DNA of 64,000 nucleotides from Plasmodiophora brassicae (Eukaryota): NCBI GenBank assembly GCA_036867785.1, contig CP145411.1, positions 1 to 64,000 of the forward strand, read 5' to 3'. Shown piece by piece: positions 11,931 to 22,990 of this stretch (position 1 is its first letter; each line of letters starts with the position of its first letter). The notes under the pieces were generated by a model. It saw only the letters and a program-made list of their open reading frames with translations, ran no database searches and was not told where the DNA came from. The position numbers and the translations under genes were made by a program.

Positions 11931-14900
11931 ATGGTCCTTCTTTTCATTAAGAAGACCACCGGCAAGACGATCGCTGTCGACCTTGATTTGGCCTCCAGTG
12001 TCCAAACGTTGAAAGAGACGCTATTCGCCGTCGAAGGCTTCCAGCCGTCGCGTCAGACGCTCATCTTCGCCGGGCGGGTCCTCAAGGACGACGCCGCGCT
12101 GTCCTCGTATAATATCTCCAAGGAATGCAGCATCCAGCTGTTCCATAGCGCCGCCCCCAGTCTCGATGACGATGCCAGCCAGGTACTGGAGCGCCACGGT
12201 TCGCGCGTGATGTCCATTGGGTCGGCTGATCCTGTCAGCGCAGGCCTCTCACGGGGGCGATGCAATCAGACCGCACGCCGAGGGTCTTGTTCAGCTTGTC
12301 CCGAGTGTCCAGGACCGCAAGCAGCAGCAGCACGTGCCAGCGGGTCCGGCGTCAACAGCATCAGACAGGTTGGCATCACTGCCGGCCACCAAGACGTCGA
12401 AATCGAGGGCGGGCATGGATGCACCGGGCGGCGTCTCCGACGCCCTGAAGCACGGCGACATTGTCATTGTCAAGCTGATCGAGGCCCGTAATCTCGCCAA
12501 GGCTGACTTCTGGCCCGGTAATCATGTTGCCCGGTCTTCGATTGCGTATCGATGACGGCGCTGACGCCATCCGTCTCTGGCAGTGCTGTCGCGCCTGTCC
12601 GACCCGTATGTCATCTTCGCCCTCGGGAAGAACTGTGCCAAGAGCAAGATCATACGGCGCAACATCAACCCGGTGTGGAATGAGGTCGTTCAATGCTGGG
12701 CCCTGTCCGTCAGTGTCAAATGCTGAATGATGCATTCGCTGTGTAGACGTTCGGTTTTCGGATCAACGAAGAGGATGACCAGGCAGTACTGCGCGTTCTC
12801 GTATTCGACTTCGACAACTTCACCGCCGACCATTTCATTGGATCCGTCGAGATCAACTTGTTCGGCTTGCAGCGCGGCGAGATGGTTGACCGATGGGTGG
12901 ACCTGCAGAACGTCAAAACCGGGCAGCTTCGCTTGCAATTCCACCGATCTATCCTGACGTCTCCATCGCTGAACGCCATGGTACAGTCTACACTGATGCA
13001 ATGGTCTCGACCTGGTCGTACATCCCTGACGTACGCGCGTGTGTACGTTGCAGGTCACGCTGCTGATGGACCTGGAGCGATCCTGGACGCCGGAGGACCT
13101 GTCCCGTCATGGCCTGCAGCTGGAGCATCTGACAGGCGAGCTTGCCTGGCTGACCTCCGAGACAACCAATCCGGCCATCGAGCACTTGGCTGAATCGATC
13201 CGGTCGGGCAGCATCGAATGGAAACCGCAGTCGTTGCACCGCATCGAGGAGATCTTGACATCGCAAGGCCTCTGCTCTACACCAGGCCTACCGACCGCGC
13301 ACCTGTGGTTCAGCAGCATAGCACCAACGATGCATTCACGCGAGTTTGTCAACGAGGTTCGCAGGCACGCCCCTGTCAAGCACGTCAAATTCCCGACCGA
13401 CGACGGGTTCGCCTTCATCGACTTCCGCTCTGTCTCCGATTCTCTTCTTGCGTTCCTCAGTCTTCAGCACAAGGAACACCACGGCAGCGCCCTCGAGGTT
13501 GGGTTCGGGCGGTACGTCCCCAGGGATGATCCTATGCTTGTTGCGTGCGAACGCGCCGGCTTCCTGCATGTCTTCCATGCACCACTGACCGCCTGGGCAT
13601 ACTGCTGGGTCTTCCTCAGCAACGGCACCCTGCATGCATTCGCCGACCTGCAAAAGGATACACCCACGTTCACCATGGACGCACGCGGCACGTTCGTCTG
13701 CTGTCACGGCCTGAACTCCCTCGAGGTTCATCGCATGGCTGACGGGCGCAGCGTGTTCCTGCGTTCGGATTCCCGGTCCCAGATCGCTCTCTGGAAGCAG
13801 GCACTGCATCGAACCAGTTCCACGGCCGTGGCACCACCCGGCGCCGAAGGGACTACCGCAACCAGATCGTCATTGTAAGATCTGTTTGCCACATCTGCTG
13901 GTGCTCAACTGTCCCGCTGACTCGTGCTGTATAGGGGCTCCCACCCAGGTCTGCACTCGAACGGATCGACAGGACGGGCTGGGAACAAGGACGACAATGG
14001 GTATGAATGCTCGGTGTGTCATGAGCGTTGGCGACTCGATGAGGTCTACGTGCGCGAGCAATCGGACCCGTCGTCCACGGCAGATTCGTACACGTGCTTG
14101 CGGTGCCTGCGGAACACGATCCTGTCGGCAGTGGCATCAGGCGACGTAGCATCACTGTCTCGCGAGTTCAGTGTCCAAGACATTCGCGAGCTTCTGCAGA
14201 CAGCGGAGTTCGAATCGTACCTGGATTCGTCGCTTCGCGCCCTGCTGGACGCCAACGAGGATTTCGTCAAATGCCCAAACTGTTCGGTGGCCTGCGAATT
14301 CGTGCGCGACGGTGCCCAGGACGTCCCCGACTTCAACCGTCTGATGGGTGTCAACGGCAAGCCCCTGTCAGCCGAGACGCAAACTCACTACCTGAACAAC
14401 CGTCTACGATGCAGAAATTCGGCCTGCTCGATTGACTTCTGCCGCTCCTGTCTGGAGCGCCCGTACCACAGTGGGTTCACCTGCGACGAATACCAAATAT
14501 TCAAGACGGCCGACCACTGCCGCTTCTGTGATGCCGCTCTGATTCCGGGCAAGAACCTGGCCACGGATCCGCCCGCACCCGCCCTAGCCCGATGCTGTAC
14601 GGCCAGCGAGTGCCTGCGGAAACGCGATCAGGCCTGTCTGGTCATGTTGGATTGTGGGCACCCCTGCGGTGGCGTTCGCGGTGAGACGAATCACCCACCG
14701 TGTATGTTTGATGATGACCATCGCCCCGCAACGTGCGTCCAGTCGGGCACCGACTTCTGCAATATCTGCTTCACTGAGACCCTGTCGCAATCGCCCGTTG
14801 TTGATCTCGACTGTGGCCACCTGTTCCACTATGAGTGCTGCAAGAAGCGCTTGGTCGAGAAATGGCCGACCCCGCAGATATCGTTCGGGTTCTGTCAGTG

Positions 14901-15753
14901 TCCGCTGGACAAGATCAACATGCACCATGAGCTGCTGGTGCCCGACCTGATGCCCATTTGGGCGCTGCACCGCGACATCGAAGCCAAGTCCTACCAGCGC
15001 CTTATCTACGAAGGGCTGTTGAAGGACCCGGACCTAATGGAAGGCGGCCCGTACTACCGCAACGCTATGGGGTACGGCATGTCCTACTTTGCATTCTACA
15101 TGTGCTTCAAGTGCAAGGTCCAATCCCACCTATCGGATACGCTCGACCTCTGTGCTGATTCTCATCTGGCAGGTGCCGTACTTTGGCGGCAAGCCGGCCT
15201 GTAACGATGGCCTGGACCATTTTGACCCATCCGAGCTGGTCTGTGGCACCTGCAGCGGCATTGGCGTCGCCGAGTGTGCCACACATGGCAAAGAATTCAT
15301 CCAGTTCAAATGCCGGTTCTGCTGCAAGTAGGTTGTCGCATGGCGCCCGTCTTCTGCTTAATTTCTGATGATGTTTCCGTCTAGCCTGAGCACCTGGCAC
15401 TGCTGGGTACCCGCCATTGGGCAAGCGCTGTAGTACGTGTTCTGACATGCCTTCTGTACTGTGTAGGGTACAACGCACTTCTGCGACGATTGCCATCGGC
15501 GCCAGGAAGCCCATGATTACATGAGCACGAAGGCGCCCGAGGAGTTACCGCAATGCGAGGGTCCAGATAAGTGCCCGCTGGGTATTGAGCATCCGCCGTC
15601 GGTGTCCTGTTGTGCCCATGCCTAACCGATCTAAGGGTGGCCATGTTCCGTCGGTGTAGGAACGGCGAAGAGTTCAGCTTGGGCTGCTCTCTGTGTCGCG
15701 GCGGCGGCAACGCTCTCCAGAACGACAACATTGTAAATACGAGCGGTTCCTAG
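11931..15753 (+). CDS. MYCBP2/Highwire-like RING-Cys-relay (RCR) E3 ubiquitin ligase with Ubl, C2, RRM, PH and IBR-like domains (10 exons, ~1088 aa)
   Basis: Exons 11931-12182, 12244-12517, 12584-12684, 12747-12980, 13054-13874, 13935-15117, 15173-15327, 15385-15406, 15467-15597, 15660-15753 join in frame via GT-AG introns. Ubl LIFAGRVLKD; C2 SDPYV..NPVWNE..VFDFD; RRM GFAFIDF; PH ..IALWKQAL; C-terminus CGHPCGG, CNICFTE..CGHLFHYEC, YFGGKPAC, FKCRFCC..HCWGTTHFC, CPLGIEHPPNGEEFSLGCSLCR. Confidence 0.9.
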
Positions 15754-15995
15754 CGCATGGCGCTCGTGAGTCGACGCTCACTACTCATTGGTTATAAACT
15801 AAGAATGGGTCTCATCAATATGCCTTGGTAACGAGGCCTATGTCCTATCCCTAGAATCCTTTCTCGCTGTGATTTGGAACCGTGGGGCAGTACAAGTGCT
15901 GTCTCGGGTGCGGGGGAGAGTCAAGTGAGACAACTACTTCAGGCACGCGTAACGGGTACTACCTTTGGACATCCAGGATTGTATGCCTTGCAGAA

Positions 15996-18900
15996 TTAGC
16001 CGGTAGTATGCGTTGTACGAAGGCTGGCGTCGACCGATTTGTTCCTGGCTTCGTTACTGACGTGAGTGTCACTGAGGCGATGAATGAGAGCTGTCAGTTC
16101 AGCGTGCATCCTGGCCTCTTCCTGGAGCTTGCCATTCTGTTGCTCCAGGTCGCTAGCACGACCTTCGGACGCCAGCAGCCTTACTGATAGTTGATCCCGT
16201 TCGCGTTCCAGAGTTTCAAGCCGCGATTCCAGGAAAACAATCATGTCCTTCTGTTTCGCAATCCTAATTAGGGCGTCCAGTTAGCAAAGTAGCCAGCACC
16301 GGTCAGCGTGCACACGCGAACTCTTCGTCGTTGGACTGCAATGTCCTCTCCAGCTGGGCAGCCATATCACCAAGCCGCACACTGTCACGTTCCTTCGTAG
16401 ATAGGGCGATATTGGCCTTGTCCAGATCCTGTTCAAGGTTCGCATATGCATCTATGCACTTGACTAGCTTTTTGTACAGCTGCTCCCTTGTTGCACGCTC
16501 CTGTGAAATCATCTACGATCGGGCGATTATTAGACCCAACGGAAGCGCAGCGATGGATGCACCTGACATTCTCGGTGTCAGCAAGTCGTCTTGACTGCTC
16601 AGCCATCGCGGAACGAAACGACCCGCTTTGGTCTTTGATCTGGCGGGACAATGCAGCAGCATGTTCGTGGCCCTCATGCAGTTGACGTCGGGCGTCACCA
16701 AGGTCGCGGATGGAGGTCTCCAGCTGCACGGGGACCGCTCTCAATGACTTCGGCGGATACGAAGAATACGACTGTGGATCACCTGAATGCGAAGCTGTTC
16801 GCACCGCAGCTTGTAGTCGGCGTTGCTACAGCGGACTCGATCTAGCTCTTCAGCTAGGCGTTCACGTTGCTCATTGGAAGACCTGAGATCATTCTTCACC
16901 TGCAATATTGGTCAGCTTGTAACGTACTGCAGTGAAAGTCATGCGCTGAACCTTATCGATGTCTTTGAGTTCGTGGCGGTGCTGCTCCAGTTGGCGTAAC
17001 TTGTCCAGAAGTGCGTCGTTCCTACGAACCACACTGAGTAAGCAACTTGACAGCCACGATGGTGCAGAAGACGACTCGCTGCGATGATGATGCAAAGCCT
17101 GCGACATTCGTGCTTCGAGCTCGTTATATGCTTGCCGGGCTTTGTCGATCGTCCGTTGCATATCTTGCTCAGCCGCTTTCCTCTCCTGCCCCCTGTTGAA
17201 CGCCATTTTAGAAATTCATGGTTCGCCCGGTGCTAGCACCTACCTTCGTTCAATCTCGTCCGTTAACTGCTGAACTTGCGACTTTAGGCCGGAATGGGAC
17301 TTCAGGCAGGAGTCACGTTCTTCGATGACCGACTCGTTTGCGCGCAGTAGAGATACAGCGAGCAGGTCACGGGAGACCATAGCTCCACTGATGTGTTGCA
17401 GCGCGGCAGCGACAGTCTCTTGCGATTCGGCACTCTGTAGACATCGAACGAGTAGGGAGATGGGGTCCCCACAATCATCGAATTCCTGTGAATACAGAAC
17501 TTCAGATAGTTACCCTAGGTTACCGAATACGATAGACGACCTTGCAAGCACCAATTACACGATACAGGTTCAGAAGCTCGAGGCGCTCCAGGTCAGACGG
17601 ATTGCTCAGCGATATGTTCTTGGAGATCACATGGGATCGCGCTGGATGGGAATGCTGCGTCCACTTTAGGGTCCTTGTTTGGCTTGATATTCACCCCGCC
17701 TAGCCCACATACCTGACAGAGCCGGGACAGGATCCGAAGACAAGCGTGAGGTTTGACGTCCAGCAGCGCCGCAACTTGATCGATGACCATGAAACAGATC
17801 TCCATTCCTAACGATTCCACAGCAATCGCCTAGCATTCTTCAGCATCGCAGCGGGCATGCCGGATAGGGCACGGAGAATACCTGGACGGATCTGTCGATC
17901 ATGTCGACCGCCAGCAATGGTTCGTTGGCGCACAGCTCGAGCACAGACTGGGCGCTGCGAGAGGATCCCAGTATCTGGTCGGCAATGTGCATCTGCAGAT
18001 CGGGAACGGCAGCCATTCGTTGGAAGTGCGAAACGAGCCCCCAGCACGACATGCGCCCAGGAAGGGCAATCACAGCCGTCAACGACGATAGCAGCAATGA
18101 CCGTAGGGCCGGGAGATGTGACTGAACGACCACACTGCTCAACAGCGCGTCAGGTTCGACGTCGATATCGTGCTGCCGTGTACGACCCGAAACCTGCTGG
18201 TTAGGTCGATTAGCAGCGCGACGACGCGTGTGCGTTCATCGCCCGTGTCCAGAATGAGGAGCCTGTTGAATGCAATTTGTAGGAACTGGCCGACATGGAC
18301 CTCAGAGAAGATCTGTGCAATGGCGTTAGCGTCGCGCGGGACAGCCGCCTAGACCACTGCCCACCTTTGCCTCATTTACAGGGTCGCGAAGGAGCAGAGC
18401 GACCAGGGCAATGAGGGCGCTCAGCCCAACAGCGCTGTCATGGGCGCCTATAGTGGCGCTCAACACCACGTAAACGCGGCTCTGGCGGTTCCCAATAGCA
18501 GTCCGGCAGTCGACGATCCCTGGAATGGCACGTGGACGTCAGATAACGATTTCATGAAACGGCGACAGCTGGTCACGTACGAGCGAGGTCTGCCAACAAG
18601 TGCAGGTGGTGGGGATCACTGGTACCGTCCGCGCTCCCACTGGACATACATTTGTCAGGTATGCGGGTTGATCGGTGCCTGCTGTGAGGCACGCCGAACC
18701 GACATGGTGCCGATGAGGTAGTTGACGAGTACGTCGGCAGGACGCACAGGACGATGCCCGGCGCGTATCGCCGCTCGAATCAGGTCGATGAACTGATATT
18801 GGGCAGTCGTGGTTAGTACCCGGACACGAATGCAGAGCGACAGGCATGACGAACGGTATTCGTACAGTGCGTTGTGTGTCCCGGTCGTCGTCCAGTGCCG

Positions 18901-19078
18901 GGATCTGCCTGGCCACACAATCGACCAGATCGGTGTCCCCGGCCAGCAATCGCCCGCCATGCGTGCACAGACGGCGCGCACAGTCGATCGCTCGGGCCGA
19001 TCGCAGCGACGCCGCGTCGAGCAGTGCCCGCCTGGACGCCTCGAGGTCGGATTCGACGTCGTCCGTTGCTGTGGCCAT
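15996..19078 (-). CDS. Multi-exon helical-repeat + long coiled-coil protein, CIP2A-like (tentative)
   Basis: Chain of short minus-strand exons; Leu-rich helical N-terminal half, heptad-rich C-terminal half ending ..MHAELTALIHRLS, reminiscent of the CIP2A tail. Exon joins not fully resolved. Confidence 0.5.
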
Positions 19079-19318
19079 GCCGAACGACGTCGTCGGGCGC
19101 CGCCCCACTGGCCGCGCCTTTGTCCGTGCCCCGCAACCAGCAGGCTGGCGCTGGCAGACTCCCGGGGGGCGGCCACGACGCCATTAGCTGTATTCTCATT
19201 GCTGCTGATGCTGCTGCCTGCCTGCCTGCCGCGAAGCATGGTCGGAGGTGTGGGTGTGACGCCGCCGCATAAGTTATGTATTGGCCCTGCAGCATGGGTG
19301 CTGCGTTCTTCGGCTCAT

Positions 19319-20491
19319 CTAGAGGAGAGTGCAGATGGCGACGGATAGGACGGCTAGCTGGGTGGCGATGGTGGTGGACACTGCCATCGCTGAACTTGGT
19401 GTTGGTTTGGTGAGCAGCGTGGCGCTAGGGCTGTTGCCCTGGTACGCCGTCAGGTTGCTTGCGCTGGCACCGCCCCCTTGGTGCAACGACGAATTCGATG
19501 GCATGAGTACGCCGTCAACGTAGACGGAACCGGACCGTGCCGGGCCCGGACCCACCTGCGAGTCAGGCGTGTGCTGCCCATCGCGCTTCGCTCCATTGGA
19601 ATCTCGGTGGTCGCCCATATTTGTGGCGACGATGCCGGTGGCCGTGTGTGCCTTGTCCATTGTGGCGGGGCCAGGTTGCGCTGGGCGCCCGTCATGAATT
19701 GCGATCTGATGCGGCGCGTTCCTAGACGTAGGCCACTGGTTCTGGACGCGATCCAGCTGACTTGGAACCGGTAGGACTGGGCGCCGAACGACCGGCACCA
19801 TACCAATCGAGGCCGCACCTAGTTGCTGCTGCGACTCGTTCTGCGGCTGATGCCCCAGTAGCTCATGTTGCTGCTGCTGTGGCTGCTGCTGCTGCTGTCC
19901 ATCGTGTGGAATACCCATGGGTGATTTCCAATGCTTTGCGATGTCCATGAGTAGCGACCGTTGTTGCTGTTGCATGTCCTGTGCAGTCAGTTCGGGTACG
20001 TTCTGCTGCTGCATTCCGTTGTGCTGCTGCATTCCGTTCTGCTGCTGCATTCCGTTCTGCTGCTGCATTCCGGGTAGGAGCATGTGCTGCTGTTGCTGCC
20101 ACTGCCACATCTGCGGCGATGTCGCCTGTGAGGGTTGCTGAAGCTGTGTCATGCTCAGTGGACCGGATCCCTGTGGCTGCTGTTGCTCATCCAGGGTTGC
20201 AGGGGACTCCTCTCGCTGCAAGTTTGGATTTGCCAGTGCTCCGTCGGGAAGATGCCTGTGCTGCATGTCCCTCGGAAAAGCTTGGGGCATCGGCATCATG
20301 TTGGTGCCTGTGGCGACCTCTGTGTCGTTGCCGTCGAATGTGATCCATGGCGCGTCCTGGACAGGCGTTAGCATAGGGATTGGATGCGCCACAGGACGAT
20401 CGGGATGGGGGACTCTATCGGGACCCCCGTACAAGTCGAGAGACCGTACGGCAGGGAGCAGTATCATCATCATGGTCACCGTAGCCACCAT
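19319..20491 (-). CDS. Secreted Gln-rich protein with GPI-like C-terminal signal
   Basis: Intronless 390 aa ORF; hydrophobic N-terminus, MQQ(Q/H)N(G/V) x4, hydrophobic tail LAVLSVAICTLL. Confidence 0.8.
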   Translation of the reverse strand: MVATVTMMMILLPAVRSLDLYGGPDRVPHPDRPVAHPIPMLTPVQDAPWITFDGNDTEVATGTNMMPMPQAFPRDMQHRHLPDGALANPNLQREESPATLDEQQQPQGSGPLSMTQLQQPSQATSPQMWQWQQQQHMLLPGMQQQNGMQQQNGMQQHNGMQQQNVPELTAQDMQQQQRSLLMDIAKHWKSPMGIPHDGQQQQQPQQQQHELLGHQPQNESQQQLGAASIGMVPVVRRPVLPVPSQLDRVQNQWPTSRNAPHQIAIHDGRPAQPGPATMDKAHTATGIVATNMGDHRDSNGAKRDGQHTPDSQVGPGPARSGSVYVDGVLMPSNSSLHQGGGASASNLTAYQGNSPSATLLTKPTPSSAMAVSTTIATQLAVLSVAICTLL

Positions 20492-20890
20492 GCTCGCAAC
20501 TGTCGAATCTCAATGCAGGTCTGAATAATGAACAACAGGCACCAAGTCCCACTGCACCATCCATTGACCCGTCTACCATCGTTGAGTCACATTGATTTGA
20601 CCTGCGCAGTTGACACCTGAGTCGAACTGCTCCATGACCCGGTTCCGAACATTCCCTCGGCCGACGCTTTAGTGTCACCGCTGCCGTAGTACATAGGTTT
20701 TGCAGATAGCGTCACGAAGTCGCTGGTCTGCGCGTTTACGAAACATGATAGCTCTGGAAGAGCGTCCATCTCGGGGTGCTTATTGTACGCACCAGGCGCG
20801 TTATCTAGGTTCCTGTTTGAGAAGACGTTGCGTACGTATTCATTTAGTTACGAGGTCGTAATCTTTTACAGGGCCGGTGCGTCACACGTC

Positions 20891-22078
20891 CTACAGGACC
20901 AACAGGGCAAATACAGCGCCCGCACACAGCAACGACGGCGACACAGGGTCATGAGACGATGACGGCCGGCTACCGATGACCAGCTTGGGTGGATGTCCTG
21001 CGCCCCTCATGTTGATCGCAGTCCCATGAGCACCCACGACCTGCTTCGCTTCGTGGCCCGTGCCGGTTACGTTCGTCGTCGCGTTCGCGTCTGCTCCGTG
21101 TTGATACCAGTTCGACGCCGTGTAATTGGCACGAGGCCACCTTCGTGCTGTCAAGTCCACCTGGCTGTGGGCGCCCCACATGCTCTGGTCTGCGTCCGCG
21201 GCTTCGTGTTCCGACTGACCTTCAGACTGCACGGGCTGATCGCCGATCGCGTTCCCGGTGGCAACCGATTTAATGATGCTGGACAACGACCTTGTGGACG
21301 GCTGATTCTGCTCATCAATGATGGCGATCGGTTTGGCGGTGTGGGGCAATGAGACTGTGGATGAATGGCCCGATTCCACCAATTCGATGCAGCTGTTATT
21401 GGATAGGACTGTTGACGAATCAGCTTTGACTCTTGTGGCTGTAATTGCCCATCCGTCCGATACGGTGGCGTCAATGGTCATCGCCGATGCAGACTTCATG
21501 GTGGCAATGGAGATGTCGACCTTGGGCGTGCCCATGTAGGTATCAGTGGATGGAAACGTATTATCATCGTCACTGGGCATCGCAGGTGTCGACTGCATGG
21601 TGCTAATGGAGTCAGCCGACACATCAACCAAGGTCGTGTCAGCAAAGTTGTCAACCACGGGTAGTCTAACGGCTTCATCGCTGGGCAACATCGATGTTGA
21701 TGGCATGGTGTCGTTGAACATGCAAGACGTCGATGTCGGCGGCATGGCGCTGCTCGCGTCATCGGAGCCATTGCCTGGGACCGCGTCCATGTCGATGTCA
21801 ACGGATGGCGACAGAACGTCGTCAGTATGGTGACGTCTGGAGCGGCGCATGGATCTACGTGGTAGGGGTGGTGCCACCGCCTGGTTGCCGGCCGCGTAAA
21901 GGCCTGCCGGTACTGATGCCACACGCCCGGTTACAGCACTGTTGAAGTCAACAGTTGAAGTCGGCCGCGTGCTGAAACTAGGATCACTGTACAGCAGGGT
22001 GTTGTCGACGGATCGGTTGACGGATCCGGCCAAGACGCAAATAGGCAGCAGGAGAAGAACGCTGGACAGTGTCGACAT
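20891..22078 (-). CDS. Secreted Ser/Thr-rich (mucin-like) protein with GPI-like tail
   Basis: MSTLSSVLLLLPICVLAG signal peptide; S/T/D-rich body; tail SLLCAGAVFALLVL. Confidence 0.8.
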   Translation of the reverse strand: MSTLSSVLLLLPICVLAGSVNRSVDNTLLYSDPSFSTRPTSTVDFNSAVTGRVASVPAGLYAAGNQAVAPPLPRRSMRRSRRHHTDDVLSPSVDIDMDAVPGNGSDDASSAMPPTSTSCMFNDTMPSTSMLPSDEAVRLPVVDNFADTTLVDVSADSISTMQSTPAMPSDDDNTFPSTDTYMGTPKVDISIATMKSASAMTIDATVSDGWAITATRVKADSSTVLSNNSCIELVESGHSSTVSLPHTAKPIAIIDEQNQPSTRSLSSIIKSVATGNAIGDQPVQSEGQSEHEAADADQSMWGAHSQVDLTARRWPRANYTASNWYQHGADANATTNVTGTGHEAKQVVGAHGTAINMRGAGHPPKLVIGSRPSSSHDPVSPSLLCAGAVFALLVL

Positions 22079-22339
22079 CGCTGATGATCTAGGTGCGGAG
22101 TGGGTGATGCTTGCTGCCGCTGGTTTCAGTTGTGATTCCAGTGGACTATGGGTGGACCACGGTGAAATCATGAGTCACAAAGGCGACCTGTGGGGATTGA
22201 CCAGCGCCGGACAGGTCGGATGACTCATTCGGGCGGTCATAGGATACCGACCCGAGTACAGGTTACCTGCCGATTGTCGAGATCCGCTGGGTCATTTTTT
22301 TGCACGAGGCATGCAGCTGACCTCATATTGGCCTGTTAC

Positions 22340-22740
22340 GGGAGACGCAGGGCCCAGGCATCGTCCTCGTCGGACAGCGCCTCGATGGGGTCGACCTTTC
22401 CGAATTGCTGCTGGCGGCGATCGCGGGACGTGTAATCATTTGCAAATCGTCCGCACTAGCCTTCAAGAAAATTCACGTCCTAAGCGCGGTTCGCACGCCA
22501 GGAGAGAAACTTATCGACGACGTCCTAAGTTTCCAAGCTAGCGCGGGCGATATGGACCCATGCCGCCGAGGACGAATACAACTGTCGTCTGTACGTTGGC
22601 CACACGTTCGGCGCCCTTCTTCGCGTACCGCCTACAGGTCGGGGATCGTGCCCTGGACGACGCAGCCGACGTGCAGACGCGGTCTGGATGGAGGGTCGAA
22701 CAGTACCTGCCGGAATGGCGGCAGCACGAGACGGAACCCC
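22340..22740 (+). pseudogene. Degenerate relic of the Crinkler-like kinase domain
   Basis: GPGIVLVGQRLDGVDLSEL, EDEYNCRLYVGHTFGALL and FAYRLQVGDRALDD..WRVEQYLPEW match the kinase at 7683-8400, with frameshifts and deletions. Confidence 0.75.
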
Positions 22741-22990
22741 GATCGACAGCCCGGGTGCGTCTGCTGAGATGCGGCCAGCACAGCCAGGCATATCAACTTC
22801 AGCTATCGACGATCTCTGGTACGTCAGAAACGGGAGCTTCCACAGGTCGTGCGCCACCGTGCAGAAGCGCGACAAGAAGCTGGCACAGTAAGCACCTTCG
22901 CCTGCTGTCGTACTGGATAAGGCAGCTGCGTACGCCTATTCGACGGCAGACGACTGTGAGGAGCAGGTTTGCCCTGTATTAAGGTGGTGA

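Noticed and set aside
11931-12182. Free ubiquitin or NEDD8 gene
   Set aside because: Diverged Ubl without the C-terminal di-Gly, spliced in frame into the E3 gene.
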